A stretch of 63,385 nt of DNA, counting the filler, from Octopus bimaculoides (Eukaryota): the NCBI RefSeq assembly GCF_001194135.2. It is 5 parts of 5 records of this genome, joined end to end, with 100 filler letters (N's around TTAATTAATTAA, not from the genome) between each part and the next. Parts side by side here need not be neighbours in the genome. Positions count along the whole stretch, not along the records: positions 30,693 to 44,987 come from NC_068981.1; positions 45,088 to 54,410 come from NC_069002.1; 3 more parts are not named here. One strand, 5' to 3'. Below are positions 38,147 through 50,554 of this stretch, piece by piece. Positions within the stretch are counted from its first letter, which is position 1; every line of letters begins with the position of its first letter. The position numbers and the translations under genes were made by a program. The notes beneath the pieces were generated by a model, which did not search any database, was not told the origin of the DNA, and was given only the letters and a program-made list of their open reading frames with translations.

Positions 38147-39824
38147 TGCAGGTGAGTAGACTGGAATAATGTGAAATGAACTGCCTTGCTCAAGAACACA
38201 AAATTCTTTCTGTCCCAGCAATTGAACCTACAATCTGATGATCATGAACCAAACACTCCAACTACTAAGCCATACAGCTTCACTGAAGAACAAAGGCAAG
38301 GTAATGTTAATGGATGCTTATTAGTTTCAATGATGATTATTCTATTTGTTCAATCAATTGAACTATTTACCCAATAAATTATGTCTATTTAGTTAAATAT
38401 TCTGCAGATATGCATGTTCATTTTTAATGTAATTCTCAGTCTATCTAATGAGCTTCCTCACAGTTTCTGTCCACTCAATTTCACTCCAAGGATTAGGTTG
38501 ACCCAAGCCTCTAGTGCAAAACATTTACCCAATTTACCACACAATAGAATCCAACTCATAACTATTAAGCATTATTATCACATCTTAAATGCTCATTCCC
38601 ATTAATAATGAATTATTGTTTGGATAACATTACATATAATAGTCATGTTTTTTCATGTTTTATTTTCTACTAGCTAGCCCTGTGCTGTCAAAAATAACGA
38701 CTAATTGTAGTATCTTATATATAGATATGGATGGTAAATCAAATTAATACACTTGTCAATGTTATCTAGTGGTTGTCTTTTGTGATGTGATATTGATTAT
38801 TGTTACCGAAAGAACATTGGTTCACACATATAAACGTTCACATACTTCCCTTGTACACGCACACACATACACAAATATACTCACACAGAGTTGAAACGCT
38901 GTTTGATTTTTCTTTTCAGCGTTGAATGGTCACCATCCCACTTCCATTGCACCCCCCNNNNNNNNNNNNNNNNNNNNNNNNNNNNNNNNNNNNNNNNNNN
39001 NNNNNNNNNNNNNNNNNNNNNNNNNNNNNNNNNNNNNNNNNNNNNNNNNNNNNNNNNNNNNNNNNNNNNNNNNNNNNNNNNNNNNNNNNNNNNNNNNNNN
39101 NNNNNNNNNNNNNNNNNNNNNNNNNNNNNNNNNNNNNNNNNNNNNNNNNNNNNNNNNNNNNNNNNNNNNNNNNNNNNNNNNNNNNNNNNNNNNNNNNNNN
39201 NNNNNNNNNNNNNNNNNNNNNNNNNNNNNNNNNNNNNNNNNNNNNNNNNNNNNNNNNNNNNNNNNNNNNNNNNNNNNNNNNNNNNNNNNNNNNNNNNNNN
39301 NNNNNNNNNNNNNNNNNNNNNNNNNNNNNNNNNNNNNNNNNNNNNNNNNNNNNNNNNNNNNNNNNNNNNNNNNNNNNNNNNNNNNNNNNNNNNNNNNNNN
39401 NNNNNNNNNNNNNNNNNNNNNNNNNNNNNNNNNNNNNNNNNNNNNNNNNNNNNNNNNNNNNNNNNNNNNNNNNNNNNNNNNNNNNNNNNNNNNNNNNNNN
39501 NNNNNNNNNNNNNNNNNNNNNNNNNNNNNNNNNNNNNNNNNNNNNNNNNNNNNNNNNNNNNNNNNNNNNNNNNNNNNNNNNNNNNNNNNNNNNNNNNNNN
39601 NNNNNNNNNNNNNNNNNNNNNNNNNNNNNNNNNNNNNNNNNNNNNNNNNNNNNNNNNNNNNNNNNNNNNNNNNNNNNNNNNNNNNNNNNNNNNNNNNNNN
39701 NNNNNNNNNNNNNNNNNNNNNNNNNNNNNNNNNNNNNNNNNNNNNNNNNNNNNNNNNNNNNNNNNNNNNNNNNNNNNNNNNNNNNNNNNNNNNNNNNNNN
39801 NNNNATATATATATATATATGTAT

Positions 39825-40040
39825 GTGTGTGTATATGTTTGTGTGTCAGTGTTTGTCCCCCCAACATCGCTTGACAACCGATGCTGGTGTGCTTACGTCC
39901 CCGTAACTTAGCGGTTCGGCAAAAGAGACCGATAGGATAAGTACTAGGCATCCAAAGAATAAGTCCTGGGGTCGATTTGCTCGACTAAAGGCGGTGCTCC
40001 AGTATGGTCGCAGTCAAATGACTGAAACTAGTAAAAGAGT
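39825..40040 (+). mobile_element. SINE family C 3' half (5' half presumably in the gap)
   Basis: TTTGTCCCCCCAACATCGCTTGACAACCG..GCAGTCAAATGACTGAAAC is the reverse complement of 610-800. Confidence 0.85.
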
Positions 40041-41379
40041 TGATAAAATGAAGTACCAATCAATTACTGGGGTTGATGTAATTGACTGATTCCCCTTCTT
40101 TCAAAAATGCTGGCCTTGTGCATAAATCAGAAACTATTACATGTAGTGTCCCATATATAACAATGAATTTAAACATGATTTTGTACTGGAAAACCTGACT
40201 GACTTTTGGAATAGTTCTCCCTCTTGTTGTTGCCGTCGTTCTCATCCTCTAACTTCTCCTCCTCCTCCTTCTTTTGTTCTTCTTGCCTTTGTATGTTAAT
40301 TTTCAACTCGCCTCTCTCTGATTTTCTTTTCCTTCCTCTTTTTCTCTTCCTTTCTCTTATTCATACACACATATACAACAATTAACAGGCTTTTTTCTTT
40401 TTAATTTTCACATACACACACACACACATGTATACAGTTATATATTAGATACATATATAAAAGAAAACCCACAATAAAATACAAATCCCAAACTGAACAA
40501 AACACAATACATGAGCGAAGAAAGGAAAAGAAGAAAACATCAATTCAACACCAAGTGCCTCAATTGGTGGCACACAATGAGGTTCAGCTAAGGCGTTGGA
40601 GTAGTCAAACACCCTCACGGGCGTCACCTGACGCCTCGGTAAGGCGAGCGGCCAACGATCACAAAAACTTCGCCGTTAGCGACCCAGCCCCTCCAGACGT
40701 CTCAAACATCACATATACATATATTAATAAATTTGAATAAATAGTTTAAAACAAATAACACGAAACGAAGGCTGTGCGTTTTAAGATACTGATGGTATTT
40801 AGCTGTGGTGATAGTAATAGTAAAATTCAGATGCTGGTTGGTGCTGATTGTTATTGCGCTGGTATTGTAGTTGAGATACTTGTAGCGTTGTTGACTGCGA
40901 GACACTGCTGGCGGCGGTGGCAGCAGCGGAGGTGGTGGTGGTGGCGGCGGTGTGAGATTAATATACTGGTAGTGGTAATTTGGTTGAAGTATAGATGTTG
41001 GTGATGCGGTGGTACTGAGATTAAGTTATTTACTTCAGCGCTAGGTCAGCTCAGATCAAGCAGAGCTTAGGATCAAAGGGATTCCGGCCGTGACCATCCC
41101 ATTTTTCTTATATGCAGGTAACACAAGACCAATTATTCAGTGTGCCATTTTCTTATTCTAAGACAGTAGGGAGTGATTTCATGGAGAGTTGGCTGCTATT
41201 TCTAGCAGGTCGAACAAACATGTATGAAAGTTCTCAGTAGTAGTGAAGTATTGATGGTGGTGGTGGTAGGTTAAACTATATTAGTAGTTGAAGAGGTAGT
41301 AGTAGGAAAGATTAAAGTTTCATATGAGTGTACTTGTGGTAAATGGTGAGAAGAGGTGGGGTGAGGTTAAAATATTGGT

Positions 41380-41565
41380 TTCAAATTTTAGCACAAGGCC
41401 AACAATTTCGGGTGGTGGGGTGTCTACATCACCCCTAGTTCTCCCGAAAGAATAAAAGGTAAAGTTGACCCCAGCAGAATTTGAACTCAGAAAGAAATGA
41501 TGGGCGAAATGCCATTAAGCATTTGGCCCACCATGCTAATAATTCTTCCAGCTTGCTGCCTAATA
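41380..41565 (-). mobile_element. SINE family A, tail 2 (diverged)
   Basis: AAATTTTAGCACAAGG..GGTAAAGTTGACC..GAATTTGAACTCAGAA..CCAGCTTGCTGCC. Confidence 0.7.
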
Positions 41566-41927
41566 TATTGGTTGTGGTGATGAAGAAAATAAGATCTGGC
41601 TGCTATTTCTAACAAGCTGAAAGACTTCATAGAAAAAAAGAGGTTGTGAAGGTGGCAGCAGTGATAGTAAAGTTCAGTGACTGGTTTTAGCAGTGGTTAA
41701 GACAATGGTGATGATAGTGAAGTTAAGCTATTGTTGGTAGTGTGATGGTTTGTTGTTGTCGTGTTGATGGCGGCGAAGTTAAGCTTCTGGTGAACATGTG
41801 ATTTAAATAGACGAAGGAGTGTCAACTAAAATGTGTCATATGCTGAGAGCAGAAGACAAGGAAAAAGATGTGAGGAAACTAAATTTTAAAACGTTCAGCT
41901 TCACTAGTGTTATCATACATGACCAAG

Positions 41928-42145
41928 TTAACCCTTCAGTATTCAGGTTACTTGTCAAATGTAATGCTTATTTATTCACATTGTTTGTTTATTAATCATA
42001 CATTATCTCATAGCTTCAAGGTTTTGATTATGTGGTTTGCTATTTTTACAATGACACTATAGGGTAGTTGTGAGAGGCCAGTTTGATCATAGAACAGGAA
42101 GAATAGTTTGGCTGGATATGGCTGGTTTAAATGCTAAAGGATTAA
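41928..42145 (+). mobile_element. piggyBac-like MITE
   Basis: TTAA|CCCTTCAGTATT ... AATGCTAAAGGA|TTAA ends. Confidence 0.65.
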
Positions 42146-42199
42146 GAAATATGCTTAGGAGTAAAGCCCTTCTAAAATCCACGAATTTTAGAGAGGCTT

Positions 42200-43520
42200 T
42201 ATAATAATGATGGACACTCCGGTTGATTCTGATACATGAGTGTCTGAAGGGGGGGATTTAGAAAAAGAAAAAGAGAAAGGAAAAAGAAAAACAACTTTAA
42301 AAATAAAAGAAGCTGCATCCATTTGTGATGGATGCGTGAATGCAATTTGAGTCCAAGTATGGATTTTGCTATGAAATCACAATGGGGACAATGATGATTT
42401 TGATTTTGTCTGGGTTTGGGCAAATGTATCTGTTAATTGCAGGATATAATTCTTTTACTGTTCTGTTTCTTCAACTCAAATTGTTTTGATGCATCATAAC
42501 ACATTTTATGCCATGCAGATTGATCTAGAGAATGACTTTCCCAAAATGTCAAATTAAGCTGTAGAAATTTTAGTGATTGCTTCACCTTATCCTTATGCCT
42601 AAGAACAGGTCTTCCTTTACCATGATATATCTCTACTTGTTGGCTAGACAAAAGAATTTTCAGAATGTGGTCATCTTTCATTCAAACATGTCCTACCCAT
42701 CTGCACTGAGTTCTCAGCAGCATGCTTTTGATACTGGAGATATCACATGTTTCAAAGATTTTGACATATATTGCACAGACAGCATGTGAAAGGTTTCAAG
42801 TTTTTTTTTTATATATATCTATAGTAGGGTGTCCATGCTTCTGCCCCATACAAAAGGTACTTAAAATACAAGATTTGAATACACTTATTTAAATTTTCAG
42901 ACTGATACCGTGTTCATCCCACAAATGATGGGAAAGTTTTCCAAAAGCATATGTAGCCTTGGATATTCTAAGCCTTAGATATTTGTCATCAAGAGTACTC
43001 TTAAAATTTATGTTATTTAAATGACCTAATCCATTTGAGTGGTTTATTGTCAAACATCAAATTTGAATCTTGAGCATGTTCTGCCTCAGGCTTTGGCTGG
43101 AATAAAACTTCAATTTTCTTGATGCTGATAATCAGTCCACATGCATGAGCTGCCACAGTAAACCTGTCAGTTGCTTTTTGAATTCCCTCAAATGTGTGAG
43201 AAATCAAAGCACAATCATCAGCAAACAGAAAATCATGTAGAATCTCTTCTTTGATCTTTTCCTTTGATCTGAAACTTTGCCCTTTAGTAGACCTCCTGTT
43301 TAGTAGACTTTCGTCTGTGTGGTGAAACTAAAATTTTACACGTTCATGGTAATTTCTAAAAGCATGTTGGATCATCATTGAAAAGTATATGGAAAAAAGT
43401 ACAGGAGTTAAAACATAGCCCTGTTTGGTTCCAATGGCAACAAAAATTGCTTTTGAACATTGACTGTTAGATATCACTGTTGCCATCATTCCTTTGTACT
43501 TGATATTCAGCTGCAAAGTT
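42200..43520 (-). mobile_element. RTE LINE relic: RT, C-terminal region and terminal C2H2 finger
   Basis: GTKQGYVLTPVLFSIYFS; FADDCA-LISHT..DRFTVAAHACGLIISIKKIEVLFQP; GRPVLRHKDKVKQSLK..WESHSLDQSAW; CPHCDFIAKSILGLKLHSRIH. Confidence 0.88.
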
Positions 43521-44604
43521 CCTATAATGATATAATGAAGCTTCTTCAGATTACTTTTTTTGTTATGTATTATATTTTATATAAAATGAAATATCAAAAA
43601 GTACAACATTGGATCGTAGTAGATTATCTACTTTTGCAACAGCTGTACAGTGTTGGGAGTTATAAGTGCTATTATAAGCTTTTAGACAATTCGGGTCACA
43701 AAACTGATACATCTACTATATATAGTATTGTATTATATATGGACTTGTATAGCAAATAAATTTGTGCACTGAATTGTTTTCTCCTACCAAAATATTTTTA
43801 TCAGTAAGAGATAAAAAGTTCAGAAAGATGTAAAATAATGACCTAATAAAAACTCTATTGTCCATAAATATTGGCCAACCTAATTATATTTATACTTTTT
43901 ACTTACTCTTTTTTTTTTTTTTTGAAAAGAAATCTTGTCAAAATTCAAAGGTTAAGAATTAAAAAAATATACTGGCAGTCTTTTTAAACATATTATAACT
44001 ATAACTCATAAGCAAACATGTTAATATATTGTTGTTTAGATCCAGGTCAATCCTGAATGAAAAGACATATGATGACTATTATACATGTCCTTACCTTTTA
44101 AGGCAGTATGATGGGATTTGAAAGAAAATTGACTGTTGTTTCTAGTAGGGCAAATGATTACATAGTGACGACCTTGTTGGTTTGTTACTCAATATTTAAG
44201 AGGTTGTGGACTGGTAGGGAGATGAACAAAATACTTTGTGTTTAGGCATATTCCTTTATGTCATAAGTTCATATACCTTTCATTCCTCCAGATTCAATAA
44301 CAAGTATTATTCAAGTAGTACTTATGTACTTGTTAAGGTAAGTACTATAGGTTCACTAAAATAATTATAAATTTGATAAAATAAGTACTATAAGGATGAT
44401 ATAATCATCTATGTCTCTTTTCCAAGAGCTGTGATTTTGTGTCTGCAATAAAAATCAGTATTTATAAGAAACTGGCATGTGTAACATATATTTTACTAAG
44501 GGTATCTATGTGTGCCATGAATTCATAAAATTGAGGGTTTTAGAAAATCCATACTAATGCTTGAGCCTACTGAAAAATATTATATTGATAATCATAAACA
44601 GATA

Positions 44605-44930
44605 TCTATATATATAAAAATGAGAATGTGTGTGTGTGTCTGTCTGTCTGTCTGTGTATGTGAATCCCTAAAACTCGAGAACTACGCAACCAATTTCATT
44701 CAAATTTTACACATGCCTTACTTAGGGTTCCAGTTGTGTTTTAGTCAAAAAATTCTTTTAACTTCTTGCAGAGTTCGAGCACACGGCAACATAATATCTC
44801 TTCCACTATTTAAGTATTACGTGTCAAAAGTGAAACAAAAACACTCATGTCAAATACTTTCACTTTAAAAATGAAACTATTCCACTAACTGAAACAATCA
44901 CATTTCGATACTGTAATGACAGATACTTTC
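44605..44930 (+). mobile_element. Non-autonomous Helitron 5' portion
   Basis: A|TCTATATATATAAAAATGAG start followed by a (GTCT)n tract, a common Helitron 5' layout. No 3' end is seen before the gap. Confidence 0.45.
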
Positions 44931-44987
44931 AGAGAGAGAAAGAGAGAGACAGAAAGAGAGAGAGAGAGATGTATATGTATACATATA

Positions 44988-45087
44988 NNNNNNNNNNNNN
45001 NNNNNNNNNNNNNNNNNNNNNNNNNNNNNNNTTAATTAATTAANNNNNNNNNNNNNNNNNNNNNNNNNNNNNNNNNNNNNNNNNNNN
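44988..45087. other. Synthetic assembly linker
   Basis: Same 44N-12mer-44N structure. Confidence 0.95.
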
Positions 45088-45449
45088 GCGTTCCTGTTTA
45101 GATAAAATGACTTAATCAGCTTTCGCTTTTGTAACTGCTTAGAGTTAAAGAAGACCCATCGGAAATATACGACTACGGATGACAACAGGTAGCCTAAGCT
45201 GTGCCAATACTCTACTCAAAACATAAACACACTAATTGGCTTATACTTATTAGTCCAAAATACTATTATTATATAAATATATATATATATTATAATGTAT
45301 ATGATAGATAGATAGATCGATAGACAGACAGGCAGACAGACAGACAGATAGATAGATACATGCATACATACATTCATTCATACATACATGCATACATAGG
45401 CGCAGGCGTGGCTGTGTGGTAAGAAGCTTGCTTCCCAACCACATGGTCT

Positions 45450-45723
45450 TCCATAGTAGCTTTCTCTTTGTAACTTGCAAAGCCTTTCTGGTTTGTTTAC
45501 AAATATCGTATGTAGTATTAGGCAGTTTAAGTATATATTCATTAAATTTGGCTGAAATTGATGGGTGAGCGTTTGGTCCAATCGGATGCATAAGGAGCCA
45601 TGTTAGCGACGATTTTGTGGGTTCGATTTTGGCTAGGGTTAGTTCATCATTTTTCGGTTATTTGTTTGTATTTAAAAATTGTCGCTTCAAATCGAAGAAT
45701 ATATATTATTATGATATATTATC

Positions 45724-45735
<12 letters not shown>
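45450..45735 (-). mobile_element. Possible Penelope-like RT relic
   Basis: Minus NI.FRFE.TIFKYKQI...NMAPYA resembles the 'N.F.F..Y.Q..G.AMG..AP.YA' RT block; heavily decayed. Confidence 0.3.
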
Positions 45736-45756
<21 letters not shown>

Positions 45757-46565
45757 NNNNNNNNNNNNNNNNNNNNNNNNNNNNNNNNNNNNNNNNNNNN
45801 NNNNNNNNNNNNNNNNNNNNNNNNNNNNNNNNNNNNNNNNNNNNNNNNNNNNNNNNNNNNNNNNNNNNNNNNNNNNNNNNNNNNNNNNNNNNNNNNNNNN
45901 NNNNNNNNNNNNNNNNNNNNNNNNNNNNNNNNNNNNNNNNNNNNNNNNNNNNNNNNNNNNNNNNNNNNNNNNNNNNNNNNNNNNNNNNNNNNNNNNNNNN
46001 NNNNNNNNNNNNNNNNNNNNNNNNNNNNNNNNNNNNNNNNNNNNNNNNNNNNNNNNNNNNNNNNNNNNNNNNNNNNNNNNNNNNNNNNNNNNNNNNNNNN
46101 NNNNNNNNNNNNNNNNNNNNNNNNNNNNNNNNNNNNNNNNNNNNNNNNNNNNNNNNNNNNNNNNNNNNNNNNNNNNNNNNNNNNNNNNNNNNNNNNNNNN
46201 NNNNNNNNNNNNNNNNNNNNNNNNNNNNNNNNNNNNNNNNNNNNNNNNNNNNNNNNNNNNNNNNNNNNNNNNNNNNNNNNNNNNNNNNNNNNNNNNNNNN
46301 NNNNNNNNNNNNNNNNNNNNNNNNNNNNNNNNNNNNNNNNNNNNNNNNNNNNNNNNNNNNNNNNNNNNNNNNNNNNNNNNNNNNNNNNNNNNNNNNNNNN
46401 NNNNNNNNNNNNNNNNNNNNNNNNNNNNNNNNNNNNNNNNNNNNNNNNNNNNNNNNNNNNNNNNNNNNNNNNNNNNNNNNNNNNNNNNNNNNNNNNNNNN
46501 NNNNNNNNNNNNNNNNNNNNNNNNNNNNNNNNNNNNNNNNNNNNNNNNNNNNNNNNNNNNNNNNN

Positions 46566-46596
<31 letters not shown>

Positions 46597-47269
46597 CGCG
46601 CGAGGTGTATTTGAGTGTCTATGTCAGTCAGACATATGACATTCAGACACCCTAGTCGTTCTGTTGACAAACATCTTTACATAATAATGACCTCTTAATG
46701 ACAGTTGTTATCTGACATGATATACTGTTCTTTGCTGCCAACGAAGACAGACATTTCTCTCTCCCAAATCTCAAACATATTCCTTTCTTCCTTACTTTCT
46801 CTCTCAAAACACACACACACACACACACACACACATCAATCCATCCTTACATACTCACATGCATACACAAAGATATATACATACACAGATATATGCACAC
46901 AAGTATGTGTGTATGTATTTATGTATGTATGCACGTATGCGAAAAATAGTAAGTTGTACCCTTCCAATAGCACACTTACAAAGTAAGCCTTTTAGAGATG
47001 ATATTGTTACAGAAGTTCACTAAATGAATGAGGTACAATGGCTATGATTTTAACGACAGAACAAATTCTAAATGGCATTTGAATTCTTTAAATAATTTTA
47101 CCCGCTAAGAAGACATTCGTGCCGAACTATCAGCTGTAAAAACATTTTGATTTGGAAAGTGAGACAAATGTAACACAGATCCATTTTTTACAGCTCTGAA
47201 TTCATTTAACTTATTTGCATATATACACACACATATACACTCACACTCTTTGCTCATATATTCATGCAC

Positions 47270-47601
47270 TTGGCACTCCGTCGCTTACGACGTCGAGGGT
47301 TCCAGGCTGAGCACTCCACAGACACGTGTACCCTTAACGTAGTTCTCGGGGGTATTCAGCGTGACACAGTGTGACAAGGCTGACCCTTTGAATTACAGGC
47401 ACAACAGAAACAGGAAGTAAGAGTGAGAGAAAGATGTGGTGGAAGAGTACAGCAGGGTTCGCCACCATCCCCTGCCGGAGCCTCGTGAAGCTTTAGGTGT
47501 TTTCGCTCAATAAACACTTACAACGCCCGGTCTGGGACTCGAAACCCCGATTCTATGACCGCGAGTCCGCAGCCTTAACCACTGGGCCATTGCGCCTCCA
47601 C
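47270..47601 (-). mobile_element. SINE family R with a 48-bp internal deletion and ~12-bp TSD
   Basis: Lacks TTGATCCGAT..GTGCAAGTG, which is present at 37799-37846; flanks ATATTCATGCAC / ATATTTATGCAC. Confidence 0.88.
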
Positions 47602-48590
47602 ACATATTTATGCACACATAATTATATAAGCAGTTGAAATTCTTCAGTAACCTGAAATAATCTTCACAATTAAAAGATATAATTTCCTCGCTGGCGTGTT
47701 TATCACTTAAAAGCTGCAAGGATAAGAGATGACTCTTACGGCATCAGCTAATCCCAATTTGAGAGAGAAATATTTTTATTATGAGTGCAGTGAAGTCTGA
47801 AGAGGGGTGAGATATGCATTGAGTGAGGTTAGCCAAATAGAATGGGTGTTAGTCAGAGATCATTAGTCAAAGTGAAAAAGCGAATTGTGGCTGAGAAGGA
47901 CAATAATTTGTGAGCTGTGTGAGCTGCTGTAGTTGGTCAGTTGTAAGGCTATTAGTCAGATAGTGGACCAGAATACGAAAGAAGATATTCCGTTTGGGAG
48001 CGATCTTATCATTGTTGAAGATATTTTACGCTCAACGACCGAGCAATTCAAAGAGTAATAAATTCCGTGTGTAATGTAACTGGAGGGAGCAATGTTTAAC
48101 TGACAAGTGTTTCATAGACTGTTTAGTTTGCCGTCCATGGTTCAAATCTTGAATTTTGCAAAGGCAAGAGAAGAACACAATCCCATCTTCCCCAAACATC
48201 TCATAAGAGCTCCATAAACTGGAAGATTGCTAGGATTTTAATGACCACGTGCCACATTAATAATGAGTCGATAAAAAAAAAATAGAACGGGAATATGGCA
48301 TTTCTTTAAATTTTTTTTATTGCTTTAGAACATTCAAGAAAAATACAACTTTTCCAGTTTGTGAACATTTACGTAAGGTAAGGTGAACAAAACTGCCTCG
48401 GCAGGGGTCCCTAATTAGACAGTTGGTCGGGCTTATTAAATTTAAGTTTAATAATCGGCATGAAGATCTCACAGTGGGAAATCGGTACAGAAACACCCTG
48501 CTGTGTTGCGAACATCATTAACAACAATAACAACAACGACAACAATAACGATAACAACAACAACAACAACAATAAAAATAATAATAATAA

Positions 48591-48641
<51 letters not shown>

Positions 48642-49036
48642 TTTTAGTTGCGTTATGTGATAGTATATGACATTCTTTAACAGATCTCTAACAAATCATC
48701 TGAAAAACAAAAAGTTTGTTGTTTTGTTGTATTGTTTGTTGTTAGCTGGGTGTGTCACTCTATGAAGGAATTTTAGGAAAATCTGATGAGAGAATGTAGG
48801 AAGACTACAATAAAATATGAAATTCAGGATGCCTCACTCCATCAGTGCTGGTAAAATATAAAAATGGAAGAGAGGTTTTTGCTTAAATGAAGACAGACGA
48901 GTACAAGGATACCCAGTGAAGATGTCTATGTAGACCAAACAATAATAAATCCCTATGAAAATGCTAGTTTATCTACAAAGATTACTTCTTTCTAAACGGA
49001 TAAGACAAAAAAAATGTGAGAAACCTTGTACGGAAT

Positions 49037-49589
49037 AGGGCGGTGAGCTGGCAGAATCGTTAGCACGCCGGGCGAAATGCTTAGCGGTATTTCGTCTGCC
49101 GTTACGTTCTGAGTTCAGATTCCGCCGAGGTCGACTTTGCCTTTCATCCTTTCGGGGTCGATAAATTAAGTACCAGTTACGCACTGGGGTCGATCTAATC
49201 GACTTAATCCCTTTGTCTGTCCTTGTTTGTCCCCTCTGTGTGTAGCCCCTTGTGGGCAGTAAAGAAATAGGTATTTCGTCTGCCGTTACGTTCTGAGTTC
49301 AGATTCCGCCGAGGTCGACTTTGCCTTTCATCCTTTNNNNNNNNNNNNNNNNNAATAGGGCGGTGAGCTGGCAGAATCGTTAGCACGCCGGGCGAAATGC
49401 TTAGCGGTATTTCGTCTGCCGTTACGTTCTGAGTTCAGATTCCGCCGAGGTCGACTTTGCCTTTCATCCTTTCGGGGTCGATAAATTAAGTACCAGTTAC
49501 GCACTGAGGTCGATCTAATCGACTTAATCCCTTTGTCTATCCTTGTTTGTCCCCTCTATGTTTAGCCCCTTGTGGGCAATAAAGAAATA
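49037..49589 (+). mobile_element. SINE family A tail 1 multimer bounded by an 18-bp TSD
   Basis: AGAAACCTTGTACGGAAT at 49019-49036 and 49590-49607; two full copies plus one partial copy around a 17-N gap. Confidence 0.85.
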
Positions 49590-49852
49590 AGAAACCTTGT
49601 ACGGAATTGTCGTTAGATTTTATTCTTTGTTGGTAATTTAAAATCTCACACTCTAAGATAATGCCTATGAGAAAGGCATGAGTATCACATAATCTACTTC
49701 CTTTCCTATCCGCTATAAATAGGATTATGAGATCGTATCTAAAATATGAGTCATGTAAACATATAGAGTTACAACTACACATCCCTATATCATCACTTTC
49801 GCTTACATCGATGTATCTTTCGTAGACGAGTCGGAAATTACTTTACACACGG

Positions 49853-49936
<84 letters not shown>

Positions 49937-50072
49937 CTATTAATGTTTCTTGTATGTGTAGTCATATAAAAAAAGTAATTTGATGGAGGCGACTATGCCA
50001 AAACTTCGAAATAACTGTTAACCTTTCTGTGTAAAAATTTATGTGCATGTGCGTGCGTGCGTGCGTGCGTGC

Positions 50073-50117
<45 letters not shown>

Positions 50118-50554
50118 TGTGTGTACATACATATACATACACACCACACACATGAGTGTGTATTTACATACAGAGGCACCCGGCGTTGCCTGATGTAACT
50201 GATAATAAGTTTTAATGAAGTTCTTTTTGTAAGACACTATATACGCGTACATTTTTTTTCTTTTGTTATAATACCGATGCATGTCTAAAGTTAATTTTTT
50301 CCCAGGTTTCACTAGGTAGGAGCATAAAAGAAACAGCTAAATGGTAGCCCTGCCCTCAATATTAAAGTTGGCGTATTACCTTCTTAAACATGAACTATAG
50401 TACTAAATGAGACGTGCATTCATATGTAAACATGTATATTCTTTTATTCTTTTATACGTTTCGGCCCAAAAGTTGTAGTTATGTCGGAGCACTGCCGGTG
50501 TAATCACATTTTCAATTTATGCGATTAGCTTTTGGTGAAGGCGGAAGTTTGACA

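Noticed and set aside
40560-40650. Short resemblances to U4 (CAATGAGGTT..AGGCG) and U12 (GGTGACGCCCG) snRNA
   Set aside because: About 11-nt matches only; no Sm site or overall structure.
42199-42423. C2H2 zinc finger as part of a host ZNF gene
   Set aside because: A single finger at the end of a decayed RTE ORF, where such fingers are typical.
47800-48100. Possible old L2/CR1 fragment on the minus strand
   Set aside because: Only vague similarity across many stops and frameshifts.
48455-48490. ATGAAGA..GGGAAA hammerhead-like string (also CTGATGA/CTGAAGA hits at 48783, 58711, 59453)
   Set aside because: No viable stem II/III geometry.
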